NCBI RefSeq assembly: GCF_000143415.4 | Contig: NW_003314444.1 | Span: 1-52,793 of the forward strand | Length of the DNA: 52,793 nt | Reading direction: 5' to 3' | Origin: Selaginella moellendorffii | Lineage: Eukaryota > Plantae > Lycopodiophyta | In this document: one piece after another, positions 1-11,600 of the stretch | Position numbering within the stretch: the first letter of the stretch is position 1 | Layout of the letters: each line of letters opens with the position of its first letter | Notes under the pieces: generated by a model | The model's input: the letters and a program-made list of their open reading frames with translations, nothing else | The model's database searches: none | What the model was told of the DNA's origin: nothing | Position numbers and translations under genes: made by a program

Positions 1-46
1 TCATTAAAACAACGTCAAACTATGAATGCTGAATGAATATCCTTAC

Positions 47-411
47 CACCGACATCCCATACGTTAAGCTTAAATTTCCACGCAACAAGGAGTTAATATT
101 AAAACCCTGCATCACTATTGTCCTTGTAGCGTTAAAGTAAAAGTGCTCAGGATTTACCTGTGTAGGAACAACATCATAAATAGACTCATTTGTGAGTTTC
201 CTCAATATTGTTGTCTTTCCCGCATTATCTAGTCCAAGAACAAGAATTCGCGCTTCCTTTACACTCAAGCTTTTGATCACCAGACACATTGAGAATGCAA
301 ATTTAGTACCGAGCAGGCCTTCTGCTTGAAAATCCTCTTGAGCAATGCCACTAATCCCTGCACAAAGTAGATCCTTGCTCAGCAACAAGTGCAGGGTTAG
401 TACATTACCAT
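47..411 (-). CDS. ARL3: ADP-ribosylation factor-like 3 (ciliary small GTPase), 5' part; continues off the window; apparent 1-nt frameshift in exon 4
   Basis: Exon 1 is ATG alone (411-409) followed by GTAATG. Exon 2 from 357 reads GLVALLKRIFKQK. Exon 3 (to 158) reads EARILVLGLDNAGKTTILRKLTNESIYDVVPTQ (P-loop). Exon 4 (106-47) reads GFNINSLLRG and then, in a shifted frame, FKLNVWDVG|GTAAGG. PTQGFNI and FKLNVWD favour ARL3 over ARL2. Confidence 0.8.
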
Positions 412-917
412 AGAGGCTATCCTAGATAGGAGATACAGAACCACAGAACAGGATAATGGGCCTCTCAGAACACGTGTCAAAATAGGGTTGGATGCTTTTA
501 TGGTACGGTGGTTACTCTTGGGGAAGGGCTGGCCTTCTCATGGCATGTTGCATCAGCCATTTTATCAGCACTAACTAGAAAATAAGAGGCTGATTGCCTG
601 GAGAGATTTATTTGATTTCATAATATTGTGAATAAAATAATTAAGAATCACAGAGCCATTTGGCTTCCAGATGAAAGAAGGAGGAGATATTCAGACTTCG
701 CCTTTTAGGATGGCGAGTTGATGCTTGAATTCTTGCATGGATTACGTCTAGGCACTGAAAATGCCCTTAGCAAGCGAAGAAAGTCACGCTTGGATCAGAT
801 TCTTTCACCTATGATGAAGCTTCTTTTTCATTATTGCATCTATTTTCTTGGCATTTTCTAAACATAAAAACAAAAAACCATACTCTGCCGCAGATCCCTA
901 AGTGCAGCGTGCCAGTA

Positions 918-3900
918 ATGGAAAACAATGCACCACGGCTCTATGATGTACGAGCTCAAAACCCTCGCAAGACAGGTATTTTAATTTTATCTTTGCAGCA
1001 TCGCATATTGTCCAATAGTACAGATTTGGAGATTAGGGAAATTTTTATCTACGGGGCAGGGCTGCACTCTATTACTTCCATAGTGGGCCTGTCGAGTTTC
1101 AAGAATCTACAGTTCCTGAGCTTACACAACAATCATATCAACAAAATTGAAGGACTGGAAGGACTCTTGTTGCTTAAGGAACTTAATTTGTCCTCCAATT
1201 TTCTTGAGAGCATCGAAGGCTTATCAACTTTAAAAAGCCTTAGGGTTCTCAATCTCTCGTGCAACCGAGTAAAGCAAATAGCAGGCCTGGAATCCCTCGT
1301 TTCGCTGAGCAAGCTTCTTCTGTCACACAACCGTATTTCAAAATTAAGTGGGATATCGGCCAGGTAAGAGGTTCTTTGTTTTGCTGCTAACTGGAATATA
1401 GGTGCAGGCTCACGTATTTAGACTTAAGAGACAATTTTGTGAAATCGTCTGCTGAATTATGGCAACTTGCTGGATGTATTCATCTCAAGGAGCTTTTCTT
1501 TTCACATGGAAAATATACAAATCCCGTCTGTCAGGAAAAATGCTACCATGCAACACTGGCTGCGGCTATTCCACACCTACAATATTTAGATGGGAACCCT
1601 GTGGGAAAGAAAGGAGATGAGAGCAAGGTTTTTCAGGTAAATGACGATTTATTGCCAACAGAGTCCATTCCCTGGAAAGATGACCACGAAAGTCGGCTAG
1701 AAAATATTGAAGCTCGTTTGATGGAAGTACTGGATACTATGAAGAGCACCTCAAATAAAGGCCGCAAGAAAGGCACAGTACGGTTTCCTGTGTCACTGCT
1801 TTATGTTCCTGAACTATTTGACCTTGTAGGATGTCGACCATGCATTAGAAGCACCAAAAATGTGTAAGGAGGTACAACTACATTTTTAATGAGGAACTGA
1901 CTATGATGCGCTTTCCAACAGATTAGTGAGCTTCAAACCGAGGTTACAAATGTTGAGAAGGAACTTTTCAAAAGAAAACATCCAAAAATGGTACATTCAC
2001 CGAACCATGGAGGTAAAGAAAGGGAACACTCACCAGGTCCTGCGAAGGAATGTTTCTTCACGCCTCAGGAAAGACCTAAGGTAAACATGTGGGTTCCGCG
2101 TTACGAAGCTTAGATTTCCAAGGAAAGGACGATGGATCGCGTACTGCCCAACGTATACAGGAGCTCCTTTATGATTCTGAAAGGTCCAAAGCAGAACTAC
2201 TCACCCACCAATCGGAAAATAAAGCTCTAAAAGAGTCACTCGATGTAGCTACCTACTTGCACAAGGTAAGCTCCAACAGTTGCTTGTGTCATTCTATTGT
2301 CTTTTCTTCTTAGAATGCAGAGAGCGCCTTAACAGACGTGACTGCCGAAAAGAAACATATACAGGATGCAATGTCACGCCTAAGAAAATCTTTAGAGGAG
2401 GAGCAAGCAAAACTGAAACTTTGCAGTAACGAGCTGGTACTAAATTTGGTATCTTTTCTTTTATAGTTTTGTCAGCTTTTAGATTAGGATTCGTTCAAAA
2501 GCAAAGAAGCTCTAGCTCACGAGGAGGTTAAAAGACTCTCGAATTTACTGGCAAAAGAACGGAGTGAACGGAAAGAGGAGATCACGCGCTTGAGCCTGTA
2601 AGAAATCACGTAGTATATTTTAACGTTGTTCTTGTTGAGTTGCTCTAGAATGCATGATGAAGAGTTAGCATCTGCTATTGAAAAGGAAAAAGAAGCTGAG
2701 CAGCTACGAATTACGACAAAGTGGAAGAAAGAACTTGAGTACTTACGATGTAACATTCAATCTACTGAAAGAGAACTGGAACTAGCTAATGAAGGTGTGT
2801 CGTTGTTCACTCTTCCTCCCTCACAAATTCATGAACTGCAAACAGAAAGAAAAACAAGTGTAGAACGCACGGAGAAGATACGCATGGAGCTTTCCCGAGA
2901 AAATGCAGATTTGCGAGATGCGTTAAAAACTGTTATCCAAAAGGTGCGTTTCTCAGCTTTGATTTTGAGCTAACGCTTCCTTTGTGTTTAGGAGCAAGAT
3001 GCTGAAGCGCTTCTAGCGGAGCTTACTGTTGTTGTGCACTCACAGGTTCGAGGAAACAGCAAAAGGTACTTGCTGACTTTCATTGCGTGCACAGAAGCTG
3101 AAGCTGCAGTCCACACAAGCTGAAATTGCAGCATCCACTGAGGTATGCATATTACATACACCGAATTCGTAATTTCTTGATCTGCCAGGAAATAGAAACA
3201 CTTAGAGCGGAAGCAGTCTCCTTGAGAAAGAAGGCAGCCATGTCAGATGATATGCTAAACAAATGTATAGAAGCCTCAAAGGCTGGAGACAAAGAACGAC
3301 AAAGTCAAGAACAGTCTCTACGCAATCTTGTTCAGTCTCTCAAGGAGGAAAAAGGAAATCTTAGTACACAGCTCAGTTCCATTTCAGAACAACTTGAAAC
3401 AAGTACTGATGCGGTTCGAATCAAAACAAAAATGCTTGATTGTCAAAATGATAGCATCAAGGAATTGAAGCTCGAACTATCTCAGACAAAAAACGCTTTA
3501 AAGGAGGTGAAGTCTTCGGTGGATCTACTTGAAAATGAGTGGAGCACCAGATTCCGAGATGAAGTTGAGCAGGTGGATTATGCTGTTAAATCTTTTTTCT
3601 TAAATATGCTTCTGCCTAGGGTCGAGCATTAAGGAAAGAAGTATCGGCACAAGATATGGTTATAAATGAGCTTGAAGAAGAAATAAGATTGCAAAAGAAA
3701 TCCTTTCTAACGTTGGAACATGACTACTCCATCCTCAAGAATAAACTAAGTGAAAAGGACGAGATGCTAAGGTATCTGCTATTTCTTGAAACCCGTTAAA
3801 CTTGTAATTCAGATACGTGAAGGAGGAGATAAATCGGGTTAAATCCCTATATGAAAACCGAGAAAAGTCAATCGCGTTAGAAAGAGATAAAGCCAATGAG

Positions 3901-4329
3901 AAGTTTCATTCAACAACCAACGTGGGTCCCTAAACAAAATCTTACGCATTTTATTTTGGTAATTTGTCTAGGAAAAGAAAGAAGTAGAAGAAAAACTAGT
4001 GCATGTCCTGGCTGAGATGGAACATATAAAAGGGGTGAACTTTGAACTTGAGGTACCCGAGAGTTTTCACTTCTCCTTTGCTTAATTAAGATGTGCAGAT
4101 AAGAGAGAGAAATATTGCTACAGCTTTAAAGTTGAAAGACGAGGAGCTGGCGGAATCTTTTTGCAAAGTTTCCCATCTTGAGAATGATCTTAAAGAGCTG
4201 GAGAGGATGAAGGCCTTGTCAACGTCTAAGGCAAGTCCATGCCTGTGACTGACGAAATACCTAACATCAGTCGGAATCCAGGTGAACAAGCTGTCTACAA
4301 TCCTAGATGAATTGCGCGCTGGAAGCTGA
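918..4329 (+). CDS. LRRCC1: Leucine-rich repeat and coiled-coil centriolar/basal-body protein (LRRCC1/VFL1/CLERC family), multi-exon
   Basis: SDS22-type LRRs (LQFLSLHNNHINKIEGLEGL...LKELNLSSNFLESIEGL), then an LRRcap (NPVCQEKCYHATLAAAIPHLQYLDG), then long coiled-coil exons. C-terminal motifs VRIKTKMLDCQNDSIKELK and LKNKLSEKDEMLRYVKEEINRVKSLYENREKSIALERDKA resemble the LRRCC1 C-terminus as recalled. Stop TGA at 4327-4329. Start codon uncertain. Confidence 0.8.
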
Positions 4330-4582
4330 TATAACCATAACAAGCAATACTTGCGGGGTTTTTATTTTTTGTTGTTTGAGCACTTAACGTACAATGAATA
4401 TGCCCCAAGCTTTCGATCCAGGTGATGTTGGATTGCACAATCCCCTGCCCCAAGCAACGTACTGCCACCTGCTCTCTCCTCCCCACTATTTTGTTAGCCA
4501 TTCCACCAAACAGGTGACTGGATTTGTGTGTTGCTCCCCATTTGCGAGAAAATATTAATCTGTGTCAACACCGTTAAGTGTA

Positions 4583-4682
4583 NNNNNNNNNNNNNNNNNN
4601 NNNNNNNNNNNNNNNNNNNNNNNNNNNNNNNNNNNNNNNNNNNNNNNNNNNNNNNNNNNNNNNNNNNNNNNNNNNNNNNNNN
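4583..4682. other. Assembly gap (100 N, probably unsized); hides the IFT52 5' end
   Basis: Run of exactly 100 N. Confidence 0.99.
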
Positions 4683-6496
4683 TTGCCAGAAGGCTTCGAA
4701 GCAAGTTTAAAGTTGTCAATGTGATTCATTCCCTCCCACCTCCCTCCATATGTCACACTGTTTTTCCTGTCAGATACAAAAACTTGCTTTCTTTGGAAAA
4801 TCTGCAAGAAGCTTCTATCATTATATTTGGATGCCCAAGGGAAAAATTCAGCACGGCAGAGGTAAAATCTATGTCCTAATAGACAGAGATAAACCATGAA
4901 ATCAAACCAGATAGACAACTTGCGATCCTATGTAAGCAGTGGTGGTTCAGTGATTTTTCTAAGCAAAGAAGGTGGTGATATCGCCCAAAATACGAATCTA
5001 AACGATTTGACGCAAGAATACGGGATTACAATCAATTCCGATGGAGTGGTGAGGACTTGAATTTATTTAAATGACACAATGGGCCTGTATGTTTTCCAGG
5101 TGCAGACCATTCAGGAAAAGTATTTTCATCCCAAAGAAGTTATGGTGACAGATGGTATCATATGTGAAGAACTGAATGAAGTATTAGTTAATACTCGTCA
5201 TTCAGGTATTTTATTAAACATTTTTTCGTTATAGTTTTCAGGTAGAAGTTTTTGCGGGCGAGAATACAATTCAGATCCAAGGTGCGAACTTCTCCCTTCG
5301 TTCAATAATAATAATAGGATAATTAGCAGGTTTTGGGAGCCTGACGATATTGAATATGATAATTCAAGACAAGAACTTCGATTTCTATACCCATATGGCA
5401 CTACATTAAGCGTTCAAAAACCGGCAACAACCATACTTTCTTCTGGGTTTATGTCTCAACCAGTGCAGTGCTCCATTGGTACTCTCCAAAAAGTCTAGTT
5501 TTCCCTATTTCAATTGAATATTCCAGGAGCATTATGGCAAGGAACCAAAGGCAAAGGACGAGTAGCCGTGACTGGAAGCGTAGCAATGTTTGAGGATGTC
5601 TGGTTAGACAAGGAAGATAACGCTACGCTCTCAGATTTTGTCTTTCTTTGGCTTTATAAAGAAAAGTCACTTGAGGTACAACATTATCTGCAAAGGTCAT
5701 TAACTGTCTTACTTCAGCTGGAAAAAGTGAACATTGAGGAACTGGATGCTAGAGAACTTGAACAAATTCCAAACACAGAAGCTTTAGCTAACCGACTACG
5801 TTGTTGCTTACAAGTAAGGTTTCTCTTGAAGGAATTTCATGTTGAAGTCTTTTCAGGAGGCCGATGATATACCCAAAGACTTTACGCAGCTTCTTAACGA
5901 CAGTCTTTTTAAGTACCACACAGACTTAATACCTGAAACGGGTAATTTGTATAGATCTCTTGGGGTTAAGCATGCTCCTTTGACACTGATCGCACCTCAG
6001 GTATGAGTGGCTTTTTCATTTTACGAAATTGAGAGTGGCTTTTTTTAGTTTGAGACTCCATTACCACCTCTTCAGCCTGCTGTTTTTTCCCCAGTTTTGA
6101 AGGAACCAATGTTACCAGAAACAGACTTATTTGACCTTGACGATTGCTTTGCTTCACCATGTGCAAGACTTGCACAACTAACTAACAAGGTAAGTAATGT
6201 GACTTCAGCTTACTTGTGTTTTCTGTTTTTCACTAAGCACCGCAGTGCAAAGGAGTAGAGCCAGAGGACTTGGTTTTGTATATTCTTGAAGCGGCAGCAA
6301 TAATCGGAATCATGCCAAAGGTTTGAAAGAGTATTTAAACGAGAATGCATTCACAATTCCGATGTTTTAGCAGGTTGTTTGCCATGGTCTGCATTCTAGA
6401 GAGCTGGCAAAATCGAGTTTAACAATCGTATTTGAAGAGATAGTGACAATGAAGAAAACAGGCTTCGATGATTCTCCAAGATTGTTTGGGAAATAA
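4683..6496 (+). CDS. IFT52: Intraflagellar transport protein 52 (IFT-B), 5' end in gap
   Basis: Spliced motifs IIFGCPREKFSTAE, EGGDIAQNTNLNDLTQEYGITINSDGVVQTIQEKYFHPKEVMV, FLYPYGTTLSVQKPA, GKGRVAVTGSVAMFEDVWLDKEDN, LGVKHAPLTLIAPQFETPLPPLQPAVF and LFDLDDCFASPCARLAQLTNK. Stop TAA at 6494-6496. Confidence 0.95.
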
Positions 6497-8632
6497 GTTT
6501 GGATATCTCAATTCATATTTTGCATGTCAATCTTTTCTTTAGAGAAATCAGCTCCAACACGGTTGTATATATTGCCTTACCTTAGCTAAAGCTACAGCGG
6601 AGTGGATTCTTAAGACAAGTAATCATAGATGCATGGTCTCAGTCAAGGTATTTTACCAGTCCTGCTGGGCTCAAAGGAGAGATCCTTTTGAGCTGCTCAG
6701 TCGGGCCTGTGCAGTGGGATAATGGACGAGTGTAGAGGGACAGTTTATGGAGAAGGCCGGGGTTCAGCAAGATTGCTGAAGCTCTGGGTCCAAAAGATGG
6801 TGAACTTGCCTGGTATAGGGGCGATTTATTAAACCATAGAACAGCTAGTGCCCTCTGAAGTTTCCCTCAGGATAGTATAGCTGGAGCTCTTACCGAGTTT
6901 AATCAGATAAAGCGGAAGATTAAAGGCATTGAGGGTGGAACACACTACCTCATACTTTAAATAGGTAAGGCAGCCAGGGTTGCTCCATTGAGCCCCGACT
7001 GCAATGTGGGCCATTGTAGGTTAAGCAGATCTACTGGGTTTGTTGCCGTAGCAGGACTGATGATACAGAAGTAGCGCTACAGTACCAAAGTGTGCGCCTA
7101 ACCCAGATCTCACAAAGGTCTTGATTGATTAATACAGCAGGACAGTGGTCATGGAAGTCTGGTGGGTTTTGTATGACGAATTGGCACTCTGTTTTGATAT
7201 GCTGCTACCTGATGGTGTTCTTGGTATCCAACGACTATAAGAAACCGTTCCAAATTGCTCAACACTTAATCGGTAAGATGCATGTGTAGGCAGAAAATTG
7301 ATATGGGTATATTATCAGTTCAATCACTAAAGGAAATACTTCAAAAGATCAAGCGAGCTAAGACGATTGATGTTGACCAAGGGGAAGATGCTAGCGGCTT
7401 ATGGATGTTAAAAGCTATCATGAATTTCTTGTGTGTTGGAAATGCTAGACTTCCCAGGTGACAGTCACATGAATGTTCAAATGCTTCCAAGTGTGAACAT
7501 CCTGCCTAGACCGCGATCAACAATTAAAAATGTTATATAAATTTTGAGTTCGTATGGGTGCTATATATGGGCTTCCAAGCACCAGCCCAGGGGTTCGTTG
7601 CCTCCAGCAACCTGTGGAGCATAGCTCAGAACATAATGTAAAACGCGAGATTCCAGCTTTATCACGTTGGTCTGGAGGACAATGATCCAGACATGTGCGC
7701 TAGCTGGGATTTCTGATCTACATTAAACCCACCAAGCTACACATTACATAATGCTGTGTGGATCTGGCGCATTGCAAAGAAACAAGAAATTTTATTTTTA
7801 AGCCACTTATACGGCGAGGGCTCCTCCTGGAGGATCCCAGGCCCGGAATCAGGGTCGGGATGCTCCCCGGTCGACCCGGATGAATACCGGGCCCCAAATG
7901 TGCTCAAAAGCTAATGTAATAAGGAATCCTCCCGGGTCCTGTAACACCGTTCTGAGTGCGATTGCTAGATACTGCGAATTAACTACCTTTGAAAATTAAA
8001 ACATGGGGCAATTTTAGTGGTTGGAATATGTAGGATCTTATTTACACTATCACTGCAGCTATGCCAGGTCTTTTTAATAAGCACCAGGATTGGAATGGAT
8101 GCATGACCCCATGAAAAAGTTTCTGGACCGGTGTATGCTATCAAAGATCAGCAGTCACAATTTTGTCCCACAAACTCGATAGAAAATGCTTTCAACTAAG
8201 TAGATACTTAGTAGCCTGAACCAACCCTTTTCTACAACGATGTCCTTTGGCTATGAGTTTCGCTATCCCCTTCTTACTTTACCATCAAAGCCGATGACAT
8301 TCATTGGTGCATATAACATCCTCTACAATGGCCATCGTTAGTTTTATTTAAAATCCGCTACAATGGTCCTAAAGTGTGATGTACGATCCTCCAAACAGAA
8401 GGCCTTCGAACATAATCCTGAATCTGTGAACATTCAATCCACTAAATCGGAATCTGCATTTTGTCAATGTCCAGCATAAAGGACTTAAAGCCATAGGAAT
8501 GTTACCTCTATGATGAGCCAGTTTTCTCTATACACGACACAGATTCACACAAATCTCAAAAACATTGGTACTGCAAAATTAAAAGGAGCTTGTTAGAGCT
8601 TGTTAAAAAATATGTAGTGTTAGTCCTTAGAC

Positions 8633-11600
8633 CTGCAGGAGAAACTGTTATGTTATAAAGTGCCAAAAGCACGTTCTTCCAGGTTATACGAATTGCATAA
8701 TCTCCAGGCACAGAAGCTGCATATGTCACTAGAAATTGTCCGCGATTTGTTGTGTTTTCAACTACTTGTCCTTGTTGTACTACACTAGATCCAACCAATG
8801 ATACAGTCACAAGCAGAAAGGTTGTATTATACCCTTGAAAGTTTCCCACAACAGGCATCCCGTAGTTGTCAATGAGTGTGATGCTAATTGAAGACACACT
8901 CCCGACCTTTGTATTTTGTAATCCCGATCCATCAAAAATGGAAAGTGTACCATTAGGGGGCTCTAAAATAATGATGTCAGCACAAATTTAAAACAAAATA
9001 AAATCGTTACCTTGGATTATAGAAAATATAAACGGTCCCTTATAATGATTCACACCAGCATAACAGTCCAAAGAATAAGTGCCCATCGGTATGATGGTAA
9101 ACCTCATCTCATACCAGTCTGATGGCGTGGCAGTATATATTCTGTATCCGAAGTCCGGGATTTGTAGAAGGGGCCCACTCATGTCAGTACTGTTAAAGAC
9201 GGTGACGTTGAAATTACTGGCGGTAACATTGTTTTGTATAGACAAAACCTGATTACCAAATCTATCCCTTTGATAGACTTGAATCGCAGATTTTTGTCCA
9301 GATGATGTGTAATTTATACCCTGAGGCCAATAACACGAGCACTGTGGAAGTGAAAGGGATCCTGTATACAAAATAGCAAAATCAAATACGAGGCATTCCA
9401 CTTGACAAGGATTACCTGACTGAATGACAACTTTAAATGGGCTACCATTGACTTGTTCAGTTGGAACTATGGTACCTGCCAAAACAGTCATACTGTATGT
9501 ATTTGCCTTCGTAATATTGTACGTCACGTTGAACTTTCCAATGCCAATGCTCGTTATTGTCATGGTCTCCCTTGCAGTAGGAAAAAATGTAACAGAAATG
9601 GCACTACGATTTGCTGTGTCTGTGTTGTTGTAAAAATCCAATACAGTTACTTGGAAAGAAAACATTCTTCCAGCAACACCTCCCGAAATGCCAGCGCCTT
9701 TAGCTGTGCACCATGGTCCGTATATTCCAGCTGTAGTAGGACAGAGCGTAAGCTATTGATCCAGGTTTGAGAAGGAACGCACTTGGTAAAACACTCTTGT
9801 TGACAGCTCCAGCGCCTAGCAGTGCTCCTTTCCAGCTCACCAAAAGTAGATAGTTTCCTATGACGGTGGCAGTATATGTCACTTGAAAAATTCCAGTTGT
9901 TTTAGGTATTGCCGTGATGTTTGCTCCAACTGGAAAAGCTACTCCTTGCATCTTCATTTGAAAGTCCAAGTCTATCACATTTGCTGTTGCTGGATTACCT
10001 GCCACATCTCGAAGCTGGATGAGAAATGTAGACGGTATCCCAGCTGTTGAGTTCTTCAGACCATCACCTTCCATTATGGATCTCGAAGGGGATACGCTAT
10101 CTGTTAACACATCAGAGAGGCATATAGAGACAAAAAGGAAAATAAAACCTGTTGCACCAAATAAAACAAATGGAGAACCCATGATATCATCTGTCTCGTT
10201 GCCAACTTGAAGAATAACTTTTCCAATTGTGTATATAGAGAAGTTCATTATCAAAACATTGGAACTGTATGGTGACACAGTCAGGTCGAATATTGGAATA
10301 AGTGTAAGGTCAGGGTTGTAAAGCGCGGCCGAAAAACTAAGCGGATCAACACTACTGGCCAAAAGAGGATTTCCAAACTTGTCCCGTGGAGTTATCAAAA
10401 AGCTTACAGTCGCATTCTGAGAAAAATACTGTGAACCCGATGGCCGTTCACCGGTGCTCGCGGGTATTGATAGAGGGCCTGAAAACATATGTGTCTCAGC
10501 CATTGAGTTTGCAGTTAGAGATACCTGATTTGACTGTAAATGGGAAAGGTGAACCAGAAATGTTAAGCTTTTTTGTTCCGATCTGCATATAAAAGGTACC
10601 CACAATTGTAGGATAGAAAACTATCAATTGATATCCTGAATAGTTTAGCGATGCCATCATACTCATGTTCCAGTCTTGAATATCAGCAACACCCACCACC
10701 TGAACGTCAAAGGCAGCTATCTCAGATCTTCCGTTTGCAGTACTGACATTGTTTTTGAATTTGTCCACCAACTGAATAGCTAGAACGGATTTTTGTCCAG
10801 CATGAAATGTGTTACGCCCATCAGGCCATATTGCTGTACAGTTGCTAGGAGAGATGACACCTGCAAAACATCAACGCGGTTTTTACTCAAATTAACGACA
10901 TAGCATCCTTACTGGATGATACAGAAAATGTAAACGGGGACATGGATATTGATTCGTTAAATCTCCAAATGTGAAGGAAGAACGATCCCGAAATGGTTGG
11001 TGTAAACTTTACAAGTTGACGCCCACTTTGAGGAATATCAATCGTAGTTATATTAAGCTGTACAATATCCTGTGCACGGCTTAAATTCCATGTCACAGTT
11101 GCTGAAAGCAAAAAGCTTGAATTGTAACCTCCATTTACATTATTGACTGTGTTGTTGAAAATATCTTTGACATATATATCAAAAATAGCATTATCTCCAG
11201 CATAAAATGAGTTTATATTATTGGACCAGCCTCCTATGCATGCTGGGGTCGACGGAAAGCCTAAACAAGACATAAAAGGTAAGAACGGAACTTGATAACA
11301 TCAAGGGGACTCACTTGCATTTACATTGAATGTCAATGGCGAGTTAGCAATGTTTTCTGTTCCACTGCCGATAGCTATCGAAAATTTACCAGCTAAAGTA
11401 GGCACGAAGGATATGATCTGATAGTTTGTGCCAGGAAATTTTTCTACATGGACATTAAAATCTGGAAGATCTATGTCAGAGCTAATAAACTTTACAGCAA
11501 AGCCATAATCATCATAAATGCTTTCATTGTATCGGTCTACTTTGCTAATTGTAAGTGAAGCATTCTTTCCTGCAACAACTTGGTTTCCACTTAACCAGCT

